From contig JAQGDQ010000521.1 of NCBI GenBank assembly GCA_030141605.1, positions 91,870-155,869 of the forward strand: a stretch of DNA of 64,000 bases. The letters run 5' to 3'. Below the pieces are notes generated by a model. It did not search any database, was not told where the DNA came from, and worked only from the letters and a program-made list of their open reading frames with translations. Each line of letters opens with the position of its first letter. Position 1 is the first letter of the stretch. Shown piece by piece: positions 1-10,600 of the stretch. The translations under genes were made by a program, and so were the position numbers. Source of the DNA: Tubiluchus corallicola (lineage: Eukaryota; Animalia; Priapulida).

Positions 1-827
1 CTCTGATGTCCATCGCAGCAGGTGATCATCTTCCTCTGTTAAAACATTGAATAGGATTGGAACTGGCTCTCCGAGGTCTTCGACAGCACTTTTCTGACTG
101 AGTTCATCAATAATCTTGGGTTCACTGGGACACAAACCTATTAAACAATTACAAGTTTTAGAACATTTCGATTTTTACACAACCATGTTTGTTTAACAAA
201 AGTTGTACATGACATTGTTAAAAAAGTAAACTTTTGATGTGCATGCATGCTACTTAATACCATGAAATTAACTCTTAAGCTACCTGACAGAGCTAAGCTA
301 GCAAAGGTGACCTGGTCTTAATTTGAAGTATAAAATATGACACTTTATTTATACGATGCAATTACAAGTAGGTCACATATATTTATGCTATTTATGCTGA
401 AACTTCACAAGCAACCTAGTAATATTACTATGTTAGTCAATCAAACTGCTTTAAAAGAGCTGACATGAAGTTCAAAAGTTGAAGTGAAAATTGTGAAGGT
501 TGAGTAGTTTTTGTAATTTCAAAAAGATAATATTTTTGATAGTGAGGTTACTCAAATTCAAGGAACGCCATGTAACAAAATAGGCCTGCATACACACATA
601 CCAACGCAAGAACAACAGTCAGTGTATAGATCGTGTAGGCACTTGTAACAGTCTTTGCAGCAGGTGCAAGAAGATTCAGTCATGTCACATTCACATGACT
701 TAATTAACATGCACTTGCTCACGACGCTGGCACATACGGCTTCATTGCAGCCATACAACTCATTGTCAAAAGCAAATGCCACGAAGATGCCAAATGGTAA
801 AATGAATGCAAGCTTCAGTACATCCAT
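1..827 (-). CDS. tsg: Twisted gastrulation (BMP modulator), 5' part; gene continues off the left edge
   Basis: Exon 827-602: signal peptide MDVLKLAFILPFGIFVAFAF then CNEAVCASVVSKCMLIKSCEC...CCKDCYKCL...CCSCVG, the Tsg N-terminal Cys-rich domain; donor G|GTATGT at 602/601. Next exon 137-1 (acceptor TAG at 140-138, phase 1) reads LCPSEPKIIDELSQKSAVEDLGEPVPILFNVLTEEDDHLLRWTSE, matching the Tsg S-x-VEDL...P.LF..LT..D...RW motif. The ATG at 827 directly follows an acceptor (TTTGTAG|ATG), so an upstream exon exists. Confidence 0.95.
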
Positions 828-3131
828 CTACAAATACACAGAAACAAGAAATATGAAACTAAATGTAAATGTGATAATTGCACTATCAGTTCATGAACAA
901 GTTGTTATCTGCAAAATTGGTCTCCGCTTCACACTGATTACTTTTGTTCTTATAAGTTTTTCTTCACAATAAGCAAACTATAACTTTGGAGGGCCTCAGT
1001 TATGGACAGTCATGGCTTTGCCAGAGAAGTCAACTATATTAGGAACACTTAGCTCAAGTGATAAGTTTTAGTGGGCTTATGTCTGCCACTTCACTAGCAA
1101 GTAATCATGGTGAAGAATGGTACCTATACACTACTACTTTGCTACAGTCAAAAATTTTACATAACAAGTAACATACATTTGTTTTACACAAGTTCTGTAG
1201 AACTCAGTGATGCTTTAAAAAGAATTTGCACTAAGTACTGGTAAATCACACACTTTCTAAAAGTACTAGATGTACTTGTTACTATCACTACTATGATACA
1301 CAATTTTCACTAGCTACAGCTTGTATTCCAGGAGAAATTGCAAGGATCATAGCACAACCATGGCAATTACATGACCAATGGTCTTGGAATTTATTTCTCA
1401 AATGGGACTTCTGGCTACTAGGCTGTTAGATAGTAAAAGAGTAAAAGACCAAACTCTTTCAAGAGAAAAGCTGATCAACTAGTCTGGACCGCAAAACACT
1501 GGTTACTTGCTTAATGAGTTTTTGTGCCAAAATGCCTGGATACATCATTTATTGTTATTGTGTAATTCATTTCGTCAACATGTTATTAAACAGCAGTCTA
1601 AGAAACATAGGCAAATTTCAAAATCTGATGACAGCTCATTCCTGAAGGTGCATCATGTTGAAGCCTACCCACCATAGTTTGTTCATTTGTGAATATTAAA
1701 TGTCTGCACACCTTTATAGTGAGTAGAACTAACAACATGTTGGAATACAGAAAGCTTCTCTTGTAACCTCCAAGAAAGTTTTAACTTTGTGGTTTAAATC
1801 GCACGGAGGAAGTTTCATTAGCTCAATCCACTTTCAGGTAATTGAAATCACTAGCAATCACTAAATGAGATAGGTTGCTTGGTATGTCGCATAATGCTTT
1901 ATTAAACTTTCCCTTCTGTACTGTTTGGTGACCTATAAATACAACCTACCAACAAACTTTCACACTGTATAAGCTTTAATATCCAATTCAGACGTGAATT
2001 GTTTCTGACAAAATTTGCAAATCATACAAGTTGTGTTTGCTACTGTATTACTGTCAGGCATGATAGGCCAATCATGTACTTTACAATCAGCCATAATTTT
2101 ATCTCAAATGCATATACTCTGGCTACCAATGTTTGTCCAAAAATTCGTAACATTATCTTTGTGAGGATGCAGAGAATAACTGCTATGTCACACGCAGGTA
2201 ATACAGTAGCCTACGTCAGATGTAAATGATTAAAGCGTTGCAGTAAGTGTTATGGTAAAAATCGCACTCAGTTCAACTGAAAATATACGGCACATGATTT
2301 TTCTGCTCTACAACTCCAACTTCACTACGAAGGCAGCTCTTCACACTTCAACGATGGTTTAATAAAAAAAATTATAAGGCTAATCCGCTATCAACAGCAA
2401 TCGAAGCACCACAGGAGTCTAACATACCAGCAAGCATATTAAAAACAATTACAAAAGACAACAATGCATCTTACACTGATGAGTTATATTACTTATTAGT
2501 ATTACATTTAAATAGCCACAAAAACAAAATAATGTAAAGCAGCAGTAGGAACAGCAAACCTAACTTGTCAATTTTAGCTCTCTCTTTCGAACTGCGAAGA
2601 ATAAGAGACCTAACCATAAGATGATCTTTGACAGTCTCTATTCAACAGTTTAAGAAATTAAAACAGAATTGATGCTTCAAGTATTTCACTAATATTAACT
2701 ACTAAGTGAATTCCAAGGGCGAATTTACTCAATTCAGTTCAATTTATTTGCATAAATACCCTTCTAGTACTTTGGCAATACACGTACTACTAGTACTACT
2801 ATTAGTACTACATAGGAAATACAATTTATAATATAAATTTGACAAAATACAAAACATTCTAGTATGATGACACAATATTTACATAACTTTATACTACATT
2901 TTTATGATGCAAAAGCTAGTATCAACATAAATGCCAATAACTGTTAGTTAAAATTTATAACATCGTAGTTCATAATCATATTCATACTATCATAGTCATA
3001 CTATGAAAACTTACAATAAATACTAATTTACATTTCACTGACGTGGACACTCACAATTTTCATGTTTAGGACCGACTTGTTTATGGTAAACACTTTGACA
3101 CGTTTGTGACGATATTTAAAGTTTTACTTAC

Positions 3132-3200
3132 CATCAAAAGGAATAATTGTTACAATTTTCAAAATTCCATGACTTTATGAAGAGCAACCATTTTACTTTT
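3132..3200 (-). other. tsg: Probable first exon of tsg (ends ...TTTGATG|GTAAGT)
   Basis: Perfect GTAAGT donor at 3131-3126 on the minus strand next to the promoter-like island. Splicing to 827 would give in-frame ATG-ATG-GAT. The 5' boundary is approximate, and other weaker donors exist between 828 and 3131. Confidence 0.5.
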
Positions 3201-3460
3201 AGTCTGGTGCACAACTTTTTCTATGTTTAGTCACGTGATTATTGTATACACATCACCATGTCCAACCAGTGCCCACAAGTTGTGTTTTTACTCTGTGCAC
3301 TGAGTTGCTTTCAATTTTAGTTGTGGTTGATTGTACTCAGTTGTACGTTCTATGTGTGTATGAATATACTTGGACGAAACCCGTTAATCTTTGGACTTCT
3401 TACCCGGAAAACTGAATAGCAATAGGAATAAAGTGAGATGGTCACACGTGAGAGAATAGA
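3200..3460. promoter_or_regulatory. Putative bidirectional promoter for tsg and the SLC6 gene
   Basis: Lies between the inferred 5' exons of two divergent genes. GTCACGTGA E-box (USF/TFE/CLEAR-type) at 3230-3238, CCGGAA ETS-like core at about 3404-3409, second CACGTG at 3445-3450. Confidence 0.55.
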
Positions 3461-4466
3461 TAAACATTCAGGATCTTCTGTAAGGAGCGTAAATATGTTA
3501 CTAATTTTTGTAGCCGGTAGGCGTTAAGTAGTCTTTTAATTTATAAGTGATTAACTATATTATGCAGGTTGCACTATTTTTTATAGTATGATTCTAATTC
3601 TAGGTACTTGTTATGTAATTATGCTTGCCTAACGACGTTTATCGCATTTTAATGGAGCAATAGTTACACAAGTCGTTTTATATGTTATTTTTTGTAAGAA
3701 TCTAAGTAATTTCTCATACCTGTGCTAGTTTTAGCGTAAGCAGTAGGTGTTTAGTTGTTGCACCCTAATTGGCAGTATGGCACTGCTCCAAGTTGCTGAT
3801 ATAGTTGGTTGCAGAAGTCTTTGGTGTTATTTAAATTCGTACAAAAAAATGAATTATTAATATTAGTTGAATTTGGCTTCGCTCGATAAGTGGGTAATAA
3901 AAAGAAAATAGGCCACAATTATTAATACAAGAAAGAAACAATTGCAATTAACATTTCTTAGCACAAAACTTACAATTTCAGAAATCGTGTACTAAGCATT
4001 GCACAAAAGTTTGCACGTGCTGAAAATAGGAAATTAAAGGTGGGCTGCACACTGATAAAAACAGCTTTTTCAACATTAAATTAAAACGTGTAGTATTTAC
4101 GTTATTTTGGAATAATGAAAGTATTAATTCTTCTGCTGCAAAGAAAATCTTCAAAGATCATCATCGCAGCTAAGAGTCTCAAGATAATTGTATTGCATTT
4201 GAGCATGAGATTATAGTTTTTCTATGGTACCATCACTACCATACCATTTACTTTTAGTAATTCTGTAACTGTAGGTGAGTTGTTTAGAACTTAGTACATA
4301 TTTGTCCAGTATGTAGAAGTATGTTCAACATGTAGAATTAATAGACATTTAGCTTCAGTTATGTGTGGATTTACTACAGATATCACCTCGCAGGGTTCTG
4401 TGTAAAAAACTAATTTCTTTTCTTGCAGATAGTGTGTCTGACTCCATTATAGGTACATTTATTACA

Positions 4467-4535
4467 ATGGAGTCGGTAAGTCCCGGAGATGCCATTAGGA
4501 TCACAGACAAAGATGCCAATAGGACCTATCACTAG
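4467..4535 (+). promoter_or_regulatory. uORF (22 aa, MESVSPGDAIRITDKDANRTYH) in the SLC6 5' UTR
   Basis: ACAATGG strong initiation context inside the exon that begins at 4429; stop TAG 4533-4535; further short uATG ORFs lie between 4541 and 4600. Confidence 0.5.
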
Positions 4536-4639
4536 TCTAAATGTTGTCCATATGCTTGTAAAAAGCTTGTACATAATGTGATAATGTTGCAGTTGTATAC
4601 ATAATTGTGGCATCGTAAAATTACATACAACATTCAATT

Positions 4640-7600
4640 ATGAAATCTGCTGCTAGAAAAGGTCTTCATGTGCCTCTTCCTCAAGAGGGAAGTGGTGTGG
4701 AACTAGGTGCAATGTCAAATTCTTTAACACCTGATACGCCTGGTGATGAGGATGATATTGAGCAAGTGAGCATTCAAGTTGTGAAGGAGGGTGACAGAGT
4801 AGAGTGGGGTAGCAAAGTTCAATTTCTTCTCTCTGTTGTCGGCTATGCCGTTGGATTAGGGAACATCTGGAGGTTTCCGTATCTTTGTCAGCAGAATGGT
4901 GGAGGTTTGTTAACTGCATAATTCTTACTTAGGTGGCAACTTAATGTAAATGACACTTTTGTAAGGTAAACTGAGTACATATTTCCATATTTTAGTGCCA
5001 GATTCTTTTGTTCTATATTTAAATAAATACATGCATGAAATTCAACTATTCTGCATTCAGAGTTTTACTTGTACTTGTGACCAAAATGTGCAAGCAAGAC
5101 CACAGGTTTGATCGTACCTATTTTCCTAAGTAATTTTCAGGTTAAAACTTTGGAAGACTTGCATAGTTGTCTAAACTTTCTTACTGGGAGAAAGGCTTGA
5201 ATTGTTTCAATAAGCGGCTTGTTAAAGTACAATTCAGTGAATATGTCTGCTATCAGAGGCTACTGAAAATTATATTCACAAAAAAGTTATGAATGTGACC
5301 TTAACAATTATTAGTTCACTTACCTACTGTAAATTGGATTAATTGGAAATGTGATTTTTGAACAACATATGAAATTCAGTTACAAAAAATAGTACTATGC
5401 AATAACTTGTAACGGTGCCCTTATTAAAAAGTTGACCCTACTTGCGGGTACCATCTCATATCTGATGTGCTGCCTTTGGCCACTAATAATTTAGTCTAAT
5501 CTTGCAGAGAATTTGTTCTGTTTCCTTTTAGGTGCATTTCTCATACCATACTGCATCATGCTGATATTTGAAGGAATACCTCTGTTTTACCTGGAGCTGG
5601 GTATCGGGCAGAAACTCAGAAAAGGCAGCATTGGTGTTTGGAATGAGATTCATCCGTACCTCGGTGGACTGGGTATATCCAGTACAGTTGTGGCTTTCCT
5701 GGTCGGCATGTACTACAACGCCATCCTTATGTGGTGTTTCTACTACTTGTTCCGTTCTTTTACTTTGAAGTTGCCGTGGAGTGAATGTCCTATGGACACG
5801 GCAGACAATGGCACAGTGGTCCATGAGTGCCACATTAGCTCAGCCACGTCATACTTCTGGTATAGAAAGACATTGGACATTTCACCAGGAATTGATGACA
5901 CCGATGGTATTCGATGGCCATTGCTTGGTTGTCTGTTTTGTGCCTGGGTGCTCGTGTATGTATGTATCATGCGAGGAATAAAAAGCTCGGGAAAAGTAAG
6001 TGATAACATCTAGGGTAGCTTGCCAATTTGGTTTTTGTAGGTTTCCCTAGTTTTTCAGTCTGTGCTCACAAATTAAATTAATCTATTAATCTCTCTCTCT
6101 CTCTCTCCCTTTCCCTCTCCCTTTCTCTCTCCCTCTCTCCCTCCCTACCTCCCTCCCTCCCTCCCTCCCTCCCTCCCTCTTCATCCCTCCCTCTCCCTCT
6201 CCCTGTCTCTCCCTCTCTCTCCCCCTCCTTCTCCCTCTCCAACCTTAGATTGCTTTGCTTTCTACTCCTTTGGTGGTAAATACTGCCTGCCCCAAGAGGA
6301 ATTGTTATTTTTATAGTTATTGCCAACTAGGCAATTAAGAAAGAATAATCTAAGATTTCTTTCCTGTAAATTAATAATTAGCAAATTACAAAGCAGCATT
6401 GTATTCTTTTGCTTTGTTATTGTGTTATGGTAGACAAAAATCTAGAACTTTAATATCCGAGCGTCATAATGCCCCACGTCCTAGGTAAGTTAATCATCCT
6501 GCCAAATTTCAACCAGATTGAATCATGGGAACATACAAGTTAAATGAATTTAAAATTAATTAAACAGCTAAATTAATTAACTAATCATCGAATTGCTGCA
6601 ATTTTTTGGCTTTGAACCAAAGACATCCTAGCTAATCATCATACCAAATTTCATCTCAGTTGGATCACGGGGACATGGAATTTAAATTAATTTAAAGTTA
6701 ATTAACTAACTAATTATTAAGATACTACATTTTTTTATTTTGAATCAAGGACATCCTAACTAGGCATTGCATCAAATTTCAACTCAAGTGGATAAGTACT
6801 TTTGGAATTGGATCAATTTAGAAATAATTAAACAGTTCTGTTAAATTAACAAATAATCGAATTGTGACAAATTTTTTCCTTGAAAAAAGGACGTCGTGTC
6901 TAATAATCACACCAAATTTCAACTCATTTGGATGAACACTTCTGGAGTTATTTCGACTCCAAGTAGCGATCGGACAGCGTGCGTAACCAGGTTTTTTTTT
7001 GTAAGACCCAAGCTAACACTCGGAAAATAAATTCAAAAGCTAACGGTACGCCTTTACAATTTATGGTTCATAGTGTTCGTGCAGTGTACAGTACACTAGG
7101 TTGCAGTGTTTTGCCTAACGAAAAGCTAATTGTACGTTAGAAGTGTTTGACCTGGGGGTTCTAACAGTTTTTAAATTATGCCCTGTAAAATATCTCCAAT
7201 TAGAAATATCCTGACGGAACTTGTACATGCCATCAGCATTCGGCACAGATAAATCTTTTGAGCCGGCTACTGTTGACACAAAACGTTGGTTTATATCATA
7301 GTGAGTTTGTAAGGACTTTACTCTTAGAGGTCAAGATGTTGCAGTACAGTTTTGAACTAAAACAGGATGTGTGGTTCTAAAATACGGGTCGTTAAAATAA
7401 GTTGCAGTTACTGTATTCGCATTCGCGCGAAAGTCATTGGTAAGTTGCGTGAGCTCTGAACCAGAATTGAAAGGAAGCTCGAACATTCGATATGACCATC
7501 GCCAAATCAACAGTAACAGCTTTTCTTTCGTAATTATTTCTGCCACCTTCCGTTCCCTCTTTCTTTCTCATGCCCTCCCGTTTGTGTCTCTTACTCGGAC

Positions 7601-10600
7601 TTCTTGGAAATGTGCGCGCTTCATATATGTATATATCCGGATGCCACGCTGACCTCCCTGCAGCTTCTGACATTCTGAGAGTGAAAATACCATGTGCTGC
7701 TTTGTGTGTAACGCGATACTTTCAGTATGCGGGTATAAACTGCACAAGCCTAGGAGTGGTGGTAGCCTGTTGTTTTCATTACTCAGCTCAATTACTGTGC
7801 AGTCATTTACCAAGAATTGTTTGGCTACAGTCAAAAATTTTCCACTGACGAAACTAACGCTTGGGCTAACTTTCCAATACGTTATATTTTAATACACATG
7901 TTAAGATATTCCTAGCTGTTGTCTGCTATAAATAGGTATTTCTTGGCATCTCATTGTACCATGATGACCTTCAATTTTATAATTTTATTATTGCTTTTTT
8001 TTACAATCCTTGGAGCCATTTTCACGTAATTTTATGACACAACTATGTCCTGCGATTTAGTATTGGCTATATTCTGAGTGTCTGGCTGCAGTCTATTCAA
8101 CTCTATTGTGGCACGTTTCCCGCCCTAGCGTGCTTGCTGTACACGTGCTTCATGCATAGTAGAGACTACAAAGTATTGATCAAGTCTGTTGGCAGCGGGC
8201 CAATTTGGCAAAATGCCAACTAGCCACGCTGTGTTGTTCAGTTGTTGAATGGCTAGCCTCTAGTGGAAAGTTTTCACTGTGTAGTGTGATTATCTTTCAC
8301 ATAATAGTGTTCAATACGTAAACCAAGCACTTATATCTAAACCAATATGCCGAGAAAAAGCCAATGCAATAATTTGAAAACTGTCAAGGCAGGGTGAATT
8401 GGTACTAGAAAAATGTGGTACGGGGAATGTTTGGTACGAGGAAAATATGGTACAAGGAAAATTTCGCACTAAGAAAGTTTGGTACTGAAAATATCTATAT
8501 CTCAGTATAAATAATTTTTCAACTGGAAAATTTGGGATGCTTTCCCAACAGTTTTGAGGGTTTTGTGGTAAGTTTTGGAGAGTTTTGAGAAATTTGAGGG
8601 TAAACAGTTTTGCTGTTTACTGTCAGAATCTGTTAAACAATAAAGTAATGGTCAATTGCCAGTTTTTAGCAAGTCAACTGCCTACCTGCTCGTCTGTCCA
8701 TCTGTACAGCTGTGCTTTAATAATTACTATAATGACATAGGCGCATGTAACATTTATTGCTTTTTAAACAAGCACTCAGATATATATAAGTAAAAATAGT
8801 ACTGACCTAAGAATGAGAGCTCCTATCATTTGCTCTTTGCAAAGTTTGACAAGTGTGTATTATTTCCACTAGCCAAACTCTGTAAAAGCATTTTGTATAA
8901 AGTCTGAGTTGAATTTAAATCATTGTAATTATCAAAAGTGCTGTAAATGTGCCACGTAGGTCATGCCAGCAGTAACCACTTTATGCCGTAGTAATTACTA
9001 TCATTCTCGCTGTTGCTGTAATTGTCATAATCATTGTCACTGTCAAAATCATCATCAGTGTCATCTTTGCCATAATCATCACTGTTATCAAACCGTCATC
9101 ATTATTATCATCGTCATTGTTGTCATCATCAACATTATTGTCGTCACAGTCCACCATTATCTTGACACGTCAGCAACAACAGTAACAGTGGTGATGGCGA
9201 TCAGGATTATGATGTTCACTGCCAACAATATCAACAGCAGCGTCAACAGTGATTACAACTACAGCAGCAATAACAAGAAGACCAGCAACAAGAATGGCAA
9301 CAACAACAATGACGGCAACAATAACAATGACAACAATAGCAACAGCAATAAGCCAACAACAACAGTAATGGCAGCAGCAACAGCAACAAAACAACAAATG
9401 TAACAATGACAACAGCAGTGATGATGATGATGATGATCATGGTGAGAAGAAAAAGTAAGTTGAGAATTAGCGTACAACAAGAATAAGAACAGTAGCAGTG
9501 GCGATGATATCAACAGTAACAACAGCAACAACAACAGCAGCAACAAAACGAAAAAGTAACAATGACATGATGACAGCAATAATGATGATGATGGTGATAA
9601 TGGTGGTGTTGGTCATCAACAAAAAAGCAAGCAAGAAACAGACAAACAACAACAACAATGACAAATAACTGATGACAAACAAACGAAAAAACAAAAACTA
9701 ATGCAATAATATAACTATTTCGGGTAGTTATTACTTTTTCAGTAGTTTGCATAAAATGTGTTTTAGTAGTATCAAACTTTCCTGGTACCGAACTTATTCC
9801 GTACCGTTTTTGCCTTGCAGTATGGTACTATGTTTACTTGTACCAAAAATGCTTGATAAAACTACCTTAGTACCATATTTATCAGTACCATATTTTCTAT
9901 CTACCAATTTTTCCCTGTACCAAAAATTCCTAGCAGCAAATTTTCCCGGTACGAAGATTTTCTCGTTTAAAATTACCGGGACCATACTTGTACTAAACTT
10001 ACTAGTATCAAACTTACCGCGCACCAGTACCGAGTGTGATTGCTTTAAATTTGCCTAATAATTGTAGTCCTGAAATAAATCATGGTAAATGTATCGTTAC
10101 ATGAGAAAATGGATTAATTTTCCCTGTGCAATATAGAGAGTATAATTATTCTCGGCATAGATTTAGTATGGTTGCTAATTATCTGATTTATCTCTAACAA
10201 AATACAGCCTCAGGTTGTACTTGAAGCCCTATGCAGATATGCAATACGTTTTAGTTGCGCAACTGAAAATTAGACTAGCATAAAGTTAGTCACATTGTTG
10301 CTTTGCAATGCAGACAATTTCTAGAGAAAAGTACATCGAGAGTGAATAATCAAATTTAATTTTAGGACATCATGCAATCATACCACTGTATCCAGCTGTA
10401 ATATCCGTTATTACTTACTGGGCATCACATATTGGGGGCAACAAAAATGTGGTACCTGTCATTGTAGGACGCACTTCTTATGGCGACATCGTGTTGCTCT
10501 CAGGGATTTATCTGATCATTGTAATAATGAGTTAATCAGCAAGGAGCAATAGTTAATGTGGAAATTAGTAAACAGGAATTTATAGCATTATTTTGAGTCT

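Noticed and set aside
6078-6326. Glu/Arg/Gly-rich ORF
   Set aside because: Antisense translation of the CT microsatellite.
8963-9752. His/Cys/Asn-rich and poly-Leu/Val ORFs on both strands (metallothionein-like look)
   Set aside because: They are translations of a degenerate trinucleotide microsatellite inside an intron; open in several frames with no domain.
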